A stretch of DNA of 63,269 nt, counting the filler, from Octopus bimaculoides (Eukaryota): NCBI RefSeq assembly GCF_001194135.2. It is 5 parts of 5 records of this genome, joined end to end, with 100 filler letters (N's around TTAATTAATTAA, not from the genome) between each part and the next. Parts side by side here need not be neighbours in the genome. Positions count along the whole stretch, not along the records: positions 1 to 12,502 come from NC_069000.1; 4 more parts are not named here. The stretch is one strand, 5' to 3'. Under the pieces are notes generated by a model. It did not search any database. It saw only the letters and a program-made list of their open reading frames with translations, and had not been told where the DNA came from. The translations under genes and the position numbers were made by a program. Shown here in pieces: positions 1-12,502 of the stretch. Numbering within the stretch: position 1 is the stretch's first letter; every line of letters starts with the position of its first letter.

Positions 1-169
1 TCTCTCTTTCTCTCTCTGTGAAAGTATCTGTCATTACAGTATCGAAATGTGATTGTTTCAGTTAGTGGAATAGTTTCATTTTTAAAGTGAAAGTATTTGA
101 CATGAGTGTTTTTGTTTCACTTTTGACACGTAATACTTAAATAGTGGAGGAGATATTATGTTGCCGTGG

Positions 170-336
170 GCTCGAACTGTGCAAGAAGTTAAAAAATTTT
201 TTTGACTAAAACACAACTGGAACCCTAAGTAAGGCATGTGTAAAATTTGAATGAAATTGGTTGCGTAGTTCTCGAGTTTTAGGGATTCACACAGACAGAC
301 AGACAGACACACATTCTCATTTTTATATATATAGAT
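170..336 (+). mobile_element. Possible 3' end of a non-autonomous rolling-circle (Lep1/DINE-like) repeat
   Basis: AAAATTTGAATGAAATTGGTTGCGTAGTT followed by (CAGA)n and a TTTTATATATATAGAT end, an architecture resembling non-autonomous Helitron-type repeats. Pattern recognition only. Confidence 0.3.
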
Positions 337-647
337 GACCAGTTTTGATGATGAATTTCATCATATCAAATATTAATAAAAAATTTGGAATTTGAAGTAA
401 AAACGGTTTGTATTTATCTTCTGTTTGGTAGTTAGAACATGTCTGGAGTTTTTTTTTTGTTAAGATGACTTTAAATATAATTTGTTTGTAAATTATTTGG
501 TATAGAGTCCAAGGTGTTAGAGAGAAAGAGAGGGGATGAATTTGTCTATTGTCTAAAACAATTTGTGTGGGTTCCTGCTGAGGGAGTGGTTTTGTGTCCA
601 GCTGTATGTGTGTTGTGTTGAATGTCCTCTCAGGATTTTGAGCAAAA

Positions 648-800
648 CACCCATGTTTCCAAAGGTGAATTATTCAAACCCCAAAGAATACTTCTCAACA
701 CATGGCTATGATGCTCCCCCACTACTTCTGCTCATGATTAGAGATGCACATATCGTCAGCCACCAAGGGACATGCTCAACTGGTTAAGGTCAAACAACTG

Positions 801-801
<1 letters not shown>
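648..801. repeat. Interspersed repeat, partial copy 1 (matches 55509-55662)
   Basis: 154-bp direct match to 55509-55662 with about 5 mismatches by eye. Ends directly at an (ATT)n tract. Confidence 0.9.

Positions 802-843
<42 letters not shown>
801..843. repeat. (ATT)n microsatellite
   Basis: Seen directly. Confidence 0.95.
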
Positions 844-844
<1 letters not shown>

Positions 845-849
845 GATGG

Positions 850-1330
850 CAAGCTGTTCCAGAGGACTTTCCATGGATAATTTCCAGATATTCTTGGCCT
901 GGCAGTGCTACCAGAGGGCACTACTGTTTTGAGATAAACTCTACAGGTATGGATGTGCTGTCATATGGGCTTCTCCAAAGTCTCGCAGAGCAAAGAAACC
1001 ATTCTGCATGCACTCATTCAGTGTCTGGGCATTGCTGATTTGTGGGATTATGTCAAACAGTTACTACCATGTGTGAGACAGATCCGTTTATCGGCTGAGT
1101 CTGTAGCGATGATTGCCCTGCCACCCTCTTTCAATCAGGCAGGCAAGACAGTTTTCCTTTGCCTCAGGCTGTGGTGAAAGAGGTTGTTTGGTGGACAAGG
1201 CTGAAAGGTGTGACGATATACAGTCCTGTTTGGTAGAATTCTCATTGACTTCTTCAAGTTTCATTCGAAAAGGAAACTGAGAATGAAGAGAGAGAGAGAA
1301 ACGCTGTCCTCAAATGAGTTTATTGAAAGG
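850..1330 (+). mobile_element. Decayed Tx1/L1-like LINE 3' fragment (zinc-knuckle region)
   Basis: ORF 953-1177 contains SKVSQSKETILHALIQC..IADLWDYVKQLL, resembling the C-terminal Cx2C..ETxxHxxxxC knuckle of L1/Tx1 ORF2. Confidence 0.45.
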
Positions 1331-1750
1331 TGGATGAAAGTCATGAAAATGGCCAGAGTGGATTGTACCTCTTTAAGTAGATGTGTGAGATGGAGAGAAG
1401 GAATTGGAGAGGGCACTTGCTCTTGATGTTCAGGGAATCTTGGACAGTGGGGTTCCTCAACTGTCCCTGGAGATCACCCTGTATCAGGAGTGTCACATCT
1501 TTATCATCCTCCCCCACTTTCTTTCCTTATATCCTTGTATACTATGTATTTGTTCCTTCCATTTCATTGTATGCTATGTATACTTACCTATTTTTTTTTT
1601 CTTTATTACATGTAAACCCCAACATTTTGTCTGTCTTTGTATTGTCCCCTCATCCTTCACCCTGGTGGCAAATAAATGAAATTATTATTATTATTATTAT
1701 TAAGTCAGCGAGCTGGCAGAAAAATTAGTATAGTAATTAGTATAATAAAA

Positions 1751-1980
1751 GCGATGAGCTGGCAGAAACGTTAGCACACTGGACGAAATGCTTAGTGGTA
1801 AAATGCTTAGGGGCAATTCTGTTCAGCCCTTTATATTCTAAGTTCAAATCTCACCAAGGTTGAGTTTGTCTTTCATGCTTTCAAGGTTGATAAAATAATG
1901 TACCAGTCAAACAGTGTGAACAATATAATTGATCTTCTCCCTCCCCAGAAAACTGCTGGCCTTGTGCCAAATTGGAAAAA
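1751..1980 (+). mobile_element. SINE family A copy
   Basis: GAGCTGGCAGAA..AAATGCTTAG..GATAAAATAATGTACCAG..GGCCTTGTGCCAAA, homologous to copies at 44664, 46405 and others in the window. Confidence 0.75.
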
Positions 1981-1981
1981 A

Positions 1982-2026
1982 TTATGATGATGATGATGAT
2001 GATGATGATGATTATTGTTATTATTA

Positions 2027-2072
<46 letters not shown>

Positions 2073-2092
2073 CATTATTATTATTATTATTA

Positions 2093-2125
<33 letters not shown>
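1982..2125. repeat. (GAT)n/(TAT)n compound microsatellite
   Basis: Seen directly. Confidence 0.95.
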
Positions 2126-2689
2126 TTTCTTTGCTAAAATGGTAAGGCATTTTTCTTCCNNNNNNNNNNNNNNNNNNNNNNNNNNNNNNNNNNNNNNNNN
2201 NNNNNNNNNNNNNNNNNNNNNNNNNNNNNNNNNNNNNNNNNNNNNNNNNNNNNNNNNNNNNNNNNNNNNNNNNNNNNNNNNNNNNNNNNNNNNNNNNNNN
2301 NNNNNNNNNNNNNNNNNNNNNNCCACCACCACTGCCACCACCACCACCACCACCATCATTCCACCTCTCCTAATAACACTCCACCCACTACATCCAAAAC
2401 TTCAGCATTGTTTTATTTATTTATTTATTTTTTATTATTATTGTTTTTTACTTTTTTTTTTTTGTTCCTGTCCTACAAAAGGAGTTTGTGTTATTTAATC
2501 CCAAACTAATTAGTGACTATTGCGTTAAAAGAAGGGAACTAATTGCTGAGTATATCGTTGGAGATAATAGCCTACTAATGATGAGATAAGTTCCGTTGAA
2601 ATAATCTCCATGAAGTGCCGCAGATATTTCAATAAATCTAATTCAAGCAAATACTTCTTTAGTGAAACATTGTTCACTTATACATACAC

Positions 2690-2810
2690 AAACTTAAATA
2701 CATATACACTTAAATACATATACACACACACACATATATATATATATATACATATACACACTTACACATTTATATACATATGTATATATTCATATATATG
2801 TACATATATT

Positions 2811-2841
<31 letters not shown>

Positions 2842-3124
2842 NNNNNNNNNNNNNNNNNNNNNNNNNNNNNNNNNNNNNNNNNNNNNNNNNNNNNNNNNNN
2901 NNNNNNNNNNNNNNNNNNNNNNNNNNNNNNNNNNNNNNNNNNNNNNNNNNNNNNNNNNNNNNNNNNNNNNNNNNNNNNNNNNNNNNNNNNNNNNNNNNNN
3001 NNNNNNNNNNNNNNNNNNNNNNNNNNNNNNNNNNNNNNNNNNNNNNNNNNNNNNNNNNNNNNNNNNNNNNNNNNNNNNNNNNNNNNNNNNNNNNNNNNNN
3101 NNNNNNNNNNNNNNNNNNNNNNNN

Positions 3125-3174
<50 letters not shown>

Positions 3175-3347
3175 GCTGTTTGAATTAGTATTTTCTTCTG
3201 ACTTTTCATGTCCAGCTTCAATTTCATTTTCTACTTCTTTGATTATTTATCCACCATTGCTTTCTCTTTCTTCTTCTATGGAATTCTTAAAGCAGTCCCT
3301 GTCTCTGTAGAAGTGTATACACATCTATTCATGTGTCCATACATATA

Positions 3348-3381
<34 letters not shown>

Positions 3382-3445
3382 CATACATATATGTGTGTGT
3401 GTCTGTATATATATATATGTGTATATGTATATATATACATACATA

Positions 3446-3476
<31 letters not shown>

Positions 3477-4022
3477 GTATGTATATGTATATATACAAAT
3501 ATATGTGTATATGTAAGGGGTGAATGTGTATTCATACACATTCATACATTTATGTACACTCTCAAACACAAATACTCTCATGTAAACACACCAAACACAA
3601 ACGCATGTACTCTTCATATATGTATGTAGGTGAGAGAGAGAGTGTGTTTGCATGTGAGCCTGTGTATACAAAAGCACATCAATGTGCATGTGCAAGTGAG
3701 TGCACATATGTGTACACATATGCATGTATGTGAATGTGCATTCATACCTCTTTACTGATGTATTCATATGTTTATATATCACATGGTTACATTTGCATAT
3801 ACTCAAATGTGTTTAACAATGTATGCATAACCAGCAAGTTCATACATGCATTCATAAACGCATATGTACATATTCATATTGCACACATGGATATTCATGC
3901 TTGCGTACAAAGAACACAAATCCCTACAGCCTATTAATATACACACACTAACAAATGCATGCATATAAGTAAGTGTCAGTGTGTCTATATGTCCATATAT
4001 GTATGTAAGTGTATGTGTATCC

Positions 4023-4062
<40 letters not shown>

Positions 4063-4093
4063 ATATATCTAAATATATATATATATATATATA
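2690..4093. repeat. TA/CA/TACA low-complexity microsatellite block with assembly gaps
   Basis: Seen directly. Produces spurious YI/HT-rich ORFs. Confidence 0.9.
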
Positions 4094-5087
4094 NNNNNNN
4101 NNNNNNNNNNNNNNNNNNNNNNNNNNNNNNNNNNNNNNNNNNNNNNNNNNNNNNNNNNNNNNNNNNNNNNNNNNNNNNNNNNNNNNNNNNNNNNNNNNNN
4201 NNNNNNNNNNNNNNNNNNNNNNNNNNNNNNNNNNNNNNNNNNNNNNNNNNNNNNNNNNNNNNNNNNNNNNNNNNNNNNNNNNNNNNNNNNNNNNNNNNNN
4301 NNNNNNNNNNNNNNNNNNNNNNNNNNNNNNNNNNNNNNNNNNNNNNNNNNNNNNNNNNNNNNNNNNNNNNNNNNNNNNNNNNNNNNNNNNNNNNNNNNNN
4401 NNNNNNNNNNNNNNNNNNNNNNNNNNNNNNNNNNNNNNNNNNNNNNNNNNNNNNNNNNNNNNNNNNNNNNNNNNNNNNNNNNNNNNNNNNNNNNNNNNNN
4501 NNNNNNNNNNNNNNNNNNNNNNNNNNNNNNNNNNNNNNNNNNNNNNNNNNNNNNNNNNNNNNNNNNNNNNNNNNNNNNNNNNNNNNNNNNNNNNNNNNNN
4601 NNNNNNNNNNNNNNNNNNNNNNNNNNNNNNNNNNNNNNNNNNNNNNNNNNNNNNNNNNNNNNNNNNNNNNNNNNNNNNNNNNNNNNNNNNNNNNNNNNNN
4701 NNNNNNNNNNNNNNNNNNNNNNNNNNNNNNNNNNNNNNNNNNNNNNNNNNNNNNNNNNNNNNNNNNNNNNNNNNNNNNNNNNNNNNNNNNNNNNNNNNNN
4801 NNNNNNNNNNNNNNNNNNNNNNNNNNNNNNNNNNNNNNNNNNNNNNNNNNNNNNNNNNNNNNNNNNNNNNNNNNNNNNNNNNNNNNNNNNNNNNNNNNNN
4901 NNNNNNNNNNNNNNNNNNNNNNNNNNNNNNNNNNNNNNNNNNNNNNNNCATACACACATAATGGATAATGTAATTATAGACATGCTTTATGCTATATCTT
5001 AATAAAAAGATGGGATAGCCGCTGCTGGGAGTGCCTTTTACTGTCCATATGTCTTGAAATTTACAGCAAAACAGTAAATGTTGCTGC

Positions 5088-5090
5088 CAT

Positions 5091-5154
<64 letters not shown>

Positions 5155-5165
5155 GCTACTACTAC
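5088..5165. repeat. (CTA)n microsatellite
   Basis: Seen directly. Confidence 0.95.
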
Positions 5166-5372
5166 TTCTGCTTCTGCAAGCTTTAGATCAATAATACCAA
5201 CTTCACACTGTGACTGCCATCATTCCTACCATCAGCAACAGACCCTCTGTTTCTTTGTTGTTGTTTAGCCCCGGGCCAGTTCTGATCAGAAGACATATGA
5301 ATGATCAAAGATATTTTAGTCATGATGATCACACATCATTTTAAATGTTTGGTTTTCAGGCATGTATATATT

Positions 5373-5442
<70 letters not shown>

Positions 5443-6499
5443 ATGCTTCCATTTTTTTTAAGGTACTAGGATATGTGAAAAGAGGGAAACTCAGCTGCTA
5501 TTTCTAGCAAGTTGGATGACATTGAAGTGACTTCAGTCAATGATTCTGTTCGATTTCTCAACCTACAGGATATTTAAGCCAAACCTTCCTCAATGTACGC
5601 CTTACTGTGTTGAAAAAAAATACATTTTGTGTATTATAGTATTAGATACCTTGAATCTTAATAAAAGTTTAGACAGTCACTACTAGAATACATTAATCAA
5701 AACCAAGAATGTGTGAGTGTGTGTGTGTGCAAAGAAAAGGAAAAGCATTGAAAATGCACTTTAAGAAAATTCAGTTAAAATTACTTTACCAGTTTCATAA
5801 TTTTTTGATTTTCAAAAGTTGTGTATCATGGGAAGTCCTGGAACTATATCATATTTGTTGTCAGGGCTAAATTTTAGTAGGTGTTTATCACAGATTATCT
5901 GAGAGAAAATTCTTTCATATTTGATCAACAGTGCTAGCTGTGAAACAAAGCAGACTGTTTGAAGTTACACATTGTTGCTTTTCATTCTTTTGCTTGGTCT
6001 GAGGATTTTAGAATAATTTTATATCAGAACTAGAAAAGCACTCAGAGAGCGCAGACCCCCACCAAGCAGCTCTTTTCCACCCATATACATGCATGCTGAA
6101 AATCACCCAATTTTCCAAACCAATGCCAGCAAAAACATAACCTCCTCCCATACTTATCTCAACCATCGCCATCATCAACACTGTCTCTGCTTTCACCACA
6201 ATCACCGTCAAAACTACGATCACTGCAACAGTTTCTTTACACAGTTGAAAATCCATTATCTGATACTCATGGGACCAAGATTGTTGCAGATTTTTGATTT
6301 TCCTAATTTTGGAGTAATTTATTAAAAACAAAAAAAATGCATCTACAAAACAGAACAGTTTGAGGATAGAAACCAGGTCTAAACACAATAGCTGATAGAC
6401 ATAGTCTGAATGTAGTTCTATATAAATCTTTAATAATTTTTTTTATACTTAAGACCATCAGAAATGTTAAGATATCAGCCTCTACCCACGTTGTCATGC

Positions 6500-6890
6500 T
6501 TTGATTAAGATGTTACAGCATCTATTCATATCTGAGTGTGGGTGGTTTATCTGGTATTTGTTGGGGGTAATCATCTAGGGATTGTTTGAATGCCATGAAG
6601 TCACTTTCCTCCTTTATGTGTGTCAGACACGATGTTGAAGAGAACAGGACCAATTGAGGTGAAATAGTTCTGTCATAGTATTGTGATACAAACATTTCTG
6701 TACTGGACGGATGGCACGGGGGTCAAGCCTCAGACAGACTTTAAAGATGGGCAATGTTGATGGAATATTTTCCACATCATATAGATGATATAGAGCTTAC
6801 AGCGGTGGTAGAGGGAGCAAAGCCTGAGCTTTTTGAGTCGATCCCAATAGTCAAGGCTTGTCATGTCATCCTCCACAGACCTCCACCAAG
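6500..6890 (-). mobile_element. CR1/L2-type LINE 3' relic
   Basis: Minus-strand translation gives YMWKIFHQHCP and NYFTSIGPVLFN, typical of the end of CR1-like ORF2. Frameshifted, with stops. Confidence 0.55.
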
Positions 6891-6916
6891 CAGCTTATTT
6901 TAAGATAGAAATGTGA

Positions 6917-7225
6917 ATAAAATTACTAATAGAGAAACGAAAATAAACTTTGCAAACAGCAACTCCACCATAGGTTACGTAGAAACGATGAACGTGTTTT
7001 CAAGGGAGATAATCAAAGAACGTAACATTGTAATACTTCATGTAAAGTCAATATAACAAATGAAAAATCCTTCAAGAATCCATAAAAATTTCATCATCTG
7101 TTCCTTGTGTCATTACCACCTTTTCCTGTAAGTTTCATTGAATACTGTTTACAACTTTTTGAGTTATTTTGTACACAGACGGACAGGCTGACAAACCAAT
7201 GATGATTAAAACATAACCTCCTTCC
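6917..7225 (+). repeat. Dispersed repeat (homologous to 17320-17665) with 3' hairpin, Helentron/HINE-like
   Basis: ATAGAGAAACGAAAAT(T)AAACTTTGCAAACAG..GAAAC.ATGAACGTG is shared with 17320-17457. Ends in a CCTCC..GGCGGAG hairpin-like motif. Confidence 0.55.
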
Positions 7226-7404
7226 TTGGCGGAGCTAACTAGACAACCTTGATTGTTTAGTACTCTTGTTGCATAAGCAAATGTATTTATGGAATTCAGT
7301 TGGTTGATTCTTTTTGCTAACATTACAATGGTCACTTAGCATGATGCTGGTTAGTCTTTTGATCACCATTACCTTTTGCCAAAGATGCATGGAGCTTAGG
7401 TGTT

Positions 7405-7500
7405 TCACTCAAAAACACACACATCGCCCAGTCTGAGATTCGAACCCATGATCCCTCAATCTTGAGTCCACTGCTCTAACCACTAGGCCAAGTGCCTCCA
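7405..7500 (-). mobile_element. tRNA-derived SINE head
   Basis: Minus strand has TGGCCTAGTGG (A box) and GGTTCGAATCT (B box), followed by TGTGTGTTTT rather than an acceptor stem. Confidence 0.7.
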
Positions 7501-7523
7501 CATGTGTGTGTTTGTGTGTATAT

Positions 7524-7559
<36 letters not shown>

Positions 7560-7919
7560 GAAGCATCCAAAAGTTTAAAATGGGGGTCTATACGATAACT
7601 GCATATGGATCGTAAGTTCAATCTACCCTGTTACAGTTTCTTTGAATTTCAGCACTAAAAACATAATTTATTTACAATACATCAGTTCATATAGCTATCA
7701 GAGACAGTTAGCAGATCAATATAGTTGAGTCATAGACTAGATTCTCCTAATCAGTTCACCTAGCTGCCAGAAATAGGCACCAGACCACTCTGGTTCACCA
7801 ATTGGCATGGTCTACCACTCTGGCATTAGATCCACAATATACTTATGCTGAAATATTATTGCTGTGCTAAATCATACAAACTTTTATTAAACACAGCTAT
7901 CCACCATCTGGTGGATTCT

Positions 7920-8050
7920 CATTATATGTCATGTTCATAGACAAGCTGTGTGTGTGAGAGTGTGTGTGTGTATGCATGTGTGTACATACATATACATATA
8001 TATTTATACATACATACATGTGTATATGTATATATATTTATATATATATG

Positions 8051-8096
<46 letters not shown>

Positions 8097-8579
8097 CATG
8101 TATATGTATATATATATATATATATATACACATATATGTATAAATACATACATACATATATGTCCATATATTATATACACATACACATATACATATATAT
8201 ATATATATATATAAATGTATATAGATGTATATATATACATAGATATATACTCACACACATGTATGTATGTATAAATATATATATATAATGCATGTATATA
8301 TATACACGTATATATATATAAATAACTACATACATGTATATCCATATATTATATACACACACACATACACATATACATACAGGCACATGCGCATACACTG
8401 TTACACATATTTACATCTACATATTTATATACGGTGTACATTTTCTTGTATCTCCCCATTAAAAAGACATAACTACTCAAAAGATGTCTGCAGTGGATGC
8501 GTATAGATTTTGATAATATGTGTGTGTGTGAGTGTGAAACCGTATGTTTACACGTTTTTATGTTTCTGTGTAAACGTTT

Positions 8580-8645
<66 letters not shown>

Positions 8646-8989
8646 GTGTATGTGTGTGTGTATCTGTGTGTGTGTGTATTTGTGTGTGTGTGTGTGTTTG
8701 TGAGTGTGTGTGAGTGTGCACATGTCTGTGTGTATGTATGTGTGTGTGTTTGTGTGTGTGTATGTGTGTGTTTATGCATGTGAAACTATGGCTGCAATTG
8801 CAAGTATAAAACTATCAGTGAAGATGTTTGCAAACTTATATGCATACTTAGGTACAGATCAATATGTATACATGTGTGTGTATATATATATATGAATGTA
8901 TGAATCTGTGTGTATGTGTGTGTGTCTCTGTGTGTATTTCTGTGTCTCAGTACATATGTATATACATGCATATACATATATATATATAC

Positions 8990-9044
<55 letters not shown>

Positions 9045-9098
9045 CACACACACATATATACATATTTATATAAACATACATATATATGTATGTGTGCG

Positions 9099-9165
<67 letters not shown>

Positions 9166-9320
9166 AGAGAGAGAGAAAGACAAAGATAGAGAGACAGACA
9201 GACAGAAATATACATATATACACAAAAATGTAAAGATATATAGATGCATATATGCATTCATATACATATGCATTGATATATATATATACACATGTGTGCG
9301 TGTGTGTGTGTGTTAGTGTG
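7920..9320. repeat. TA/TG/CA microsatellite-rich low-complexity block
   Basis: Seen directly. Confidence 0.9.
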
Positions 9321-9653
9321 TTCACTTTTCATCTAATTCCTAGATTTGCCCACCAAATCAGGAATTTGATTGTTGTGGATCTATAGAGACTGGAGGAATG
9401 AGAATCAATAGAAATGTTGACATTTCCAGGTCAGTTCTGATGTAATTCTTGTAGAATTAATCTTAGTTACAAATTACTTTTTCATCTATCAAATACAATA
9501 TTTTACAAAATGAAAAGTTACGCTTAATGGATTGTTATGCAGCTGTATGTGTGTGTTTGTGTGCATCACAGTGTGTGTACATGTATATGCATGCGCATAT
9601 ATATATATATATATATATATAAACATATACGCATACATATATACATGTACGCA

Positions 9654-9714
<61 letters not shown>

Positions 9715-9989
9715 TGTATGAGGCTTATAAGATGAATCTGAAATTTTGGCAGGCTTTCTTTTGAAAAATGTTTTTAAAAAGGTCTTTTTACTTGACATTT
9801 GTAGCTCTCCCTACCATGAGGTAATTTTAGAGGTTTGTGTTTTCAAATTGTTAGGACATCCAACTATTTATTTCCCCGTGAAAAACTTCACCTCTATCAT
9901 TAGCCACCACCCCACTACAAACACTAAAATATTCATGAATTCAAAGAGTTGTCTCATTAACTAAAATATTATAACTCATGCTTTAGTTA

Positions 9990-10202
9990 TCAATTTCAAA
10001 CTGTGGCACAAGGCCAGCAAGTTCAAGAGACAAATTAAGTCAATTGTACTGACACCACTACTCAACCTGTACTTATTTTATCAACCTTCAAAGGATGAAC
10101 TTCAAAGTTAACCTTGATAGGATTTGAACTCAGAACATAAAGGTAGACAAAATGTTGCTAAGCATTTTGCCTGGCATGCTATCATTTTACTAGCTTGCTG
10201 CC
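9990..10202 (-). mobile_element. SINE family A copy
   Basis: GGCACAAGGCCAGCAA..GTACTTATTTTATCAACC..GAACTCAGAAC..GCTAAGCATTTTGCC is the reverse complement of the family A consensus seen elsewhere in the window. Confidence 0.75.
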
Positions 10203-10705
10203 TTGTTTTTGTTTTTGTTTTTTTTAAACTAGTTATTGATATATTAAAAGCAAGATTTGACACATTAGTTAAAAAGTTCTTAGAAATATCTGTTATGGAA
10301 TTTTGTCTCAAAACTATTCTAATTATATATAGATAAATACAGTGGATATTTTAAATATATATTTATTGAAATTTTTTTTAATAACATAGTATAAATTAGT
10401 TCTTGGCTAATATTATATTAAATTATATTTTCATCATCATCATCACACCAGTTTTAACATCTATCTTTTCATGTTTGCATGAGTTGGCTGAGTTTTATTA
10501 AAGCCAATTTTTCTATAGCCTGATGCCCTTCCTATTGCCAACTCTTTCTGGTTTCCACACAAGGGAATGTTTCCCCATAGTCAGATATGTTCCTGCCAGA
10601 TATTGGAACTAAATGGCATTCATTTATAATAATCACATAGAGTCAAAACAAAGAGACATAAATATATATGCACGCATATACACACACACACACACACACA
10701 CATAA

Positions 10706-10736
<31 letters not shown>

Positions 10737-10755
10737 CATATATATATATATATAT

Positions 10756-10925
10756 GGGAGAATATACAAATAATAACAACAGACGAGGACAGGTGGTGTA
10801 AATAACAAAAGTATATATTAGTATGACGCTCGGGAATACGGAAAGTCTTTGACGTTTCGAGCTACGCTCTTCAACAGAAAGAATACGGAGACAAGGAGAA
10901 AAACACGGAGAAAAAAATTGAATAG
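10756..10925 (-). mobile_element. Penelope-like pseudo-LTR fragment carrying a hammerhead-like motif
   Basis: Minus strand 10881-10847 reads CTTTCTG TTGAAGA GCGTAGCTC GAAA CG TC AAAG. The fragment runs into (TA)n. Confidence 0.5.
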
Positions 10926-11381
10926 TGTTCAGTCAACGGTCAATCATGATAATGGCCGATCATAATAATGGCCGATCATNNNNNNNNNNNNNNNNNNNNN
11001 NNNNNNNNNNNNNNNNNNNNNNNNNNNNNNNNNNNNNNNNNNNNNNNNNNNNNNNNNNNNNNNNNNNNNNNNNNNNNNNNNNNNNNNNNNNNNNNNNNNN
11101 NNNNNNNNNNNNNNNNNNNNNNNNNNNNNNNNNNNNNNNNNNNNNNNNNNNNNNNNNNNNNNNNNNNNNNNNNNNNNNNNNNNNNNNNNNNNNNNNNNNN
11201 NNNNNNNNNNNNNNNNNNNNNNNNNNNNNNNNNNNNNNNNNNNNNNNNNNNNNNNNNNNNNNNNNNNNNNNNNNNNNNNNNNNNNNNNNNNNNNNNNNNN
11301 NNNNNNNNNNNNNNNNNNNNNNNNNNNNNNNNNNNNNNNNNNNNNNNNNNNNNNNGGGGGGGGAAGAGAGGAAGAGAATAC

Positions 11382-11418
<37 letters not shown>

Positions 11419-11452
11419 CTTACATGCACGTCTATACACATAGATACTATGA

Positions 11453-11646
11453 ACTGCTTTCAGTTTCTGTCTACCAAATCCATTCACAAGGCTTTAGTTG
11501 GCCCAGAACTATAATGGAATACACTTGTTCAAGATGCCACACAACAGGACTGAACCTGGAACCATGTGTTTGGGAACCAAACTTATTACCACACAGCCAC
11601 ATCTGCACTTATGTATACATACATATGTACATACATACCCATGCGT

Positions 11647-11688
<42 letters not shown>

Positions 11689-11825
11689 CAAGCTTCCACA
11701 CAGTTTTCATCTACCAAATTCCTTTTGTTGGTCTGAGGTTATAGTAGAAGACTAACCCAAGGTACCATGCAGTGGGACTGAACCTGAAAACTCATAGTTG
11801 CAAAATGAACTTCTTAACCACACCT
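11453..11825 (-). mobile_element. Two partial SINE family B 5' halves separated by (CA)n
   Basis: CTACCAAAT..AAGGC/GG..GGGACTGAACC..ACCACACAGCC motifs match the full copy at 15630-16028. Confidence 0.7.
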
Positions 11826-12174
11826 TAGGATTTAAAAACGAAAATATTTAGGAAAAAATTCACATCCTAAAAATGTTGAACAGCATTCTACATCATTTAT
11901 TTATCAACACTCTACATCATAGAAAAGCATGATGAAGTGAAGGTTATATATATTATTCATTATAAACTAATAAAAATTAAAGATATGTTGCCATTTTTCT
12001 ATGCATAATGTATAGTTTGTAGCCTATAGGCAGTTATGTATGCATGTCTTTTCTGAAGCTCTATTTTATTGGATTAATGGTATTCTGAACATCTTAGAAA
12101 TGAATGACATTTCAACCAATCAACCAATACTAGACTGTCTGAATCTCTCAAATAAACAAATAAGGCATCAAGCT

Positions 12175-12502
12175 GTTAGATCAGGTTATGAAAGTTACAG
12201 AGAGGGTCATAGCCCAACTAATTAGGGAGCGAATCAATTTAGATGAGATGCAGTTTGGGTTCGTGCCAGGTAAAAGCACTACTGATGCCTTATTTCTAGT
12301 GAGACAGCTGCAGGAGAAATACCTAGCTAAGGATAAACCTCTGTACCTGGCTTTCGTTGACATGGAGAAAGCCTTTGACAGGGTCCCCCGATCCCTTATC
12401 TGGTGGTCAATGAGGAAACTTGGGATAGAAGAATGGTTAGTGAGAGCTGTGCGAGCCATGTACAAAGATGCTGCCAGTAAGGTGAGGGTTGGAAATGAGT
12501 AC
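12175..12502 (+). mobile_element. RTE-clade LINE reverse transcriptase fragment (cut by gap)
   Basis: Open frame QFGFVPGKSTTDALFLVRQLQEKY..YLAFVDMEKAFDRVPR, matching non-LTR RT domains 2-3 of RTE type. Confidence 0.88.

Noticed and set aside
6089-6325. His-rich 78-aa ORF or possible exon after TATCAG
   Set aside because: No recognisable domain, partner exons or convincing donor site.
7405-7500. tRNA gene candidate (A and B boxes)
   Set aside because: No acceptor-stem closure and it runs into SINE-type sequence, so it is a SINE head.
2610-9800. Many ORFs rich in YI/HT/CV/poly-I or spanning X runs
   Set aside because: They are translations of TA/CA/ATT microsatellites and N gaps, with no coding signal.
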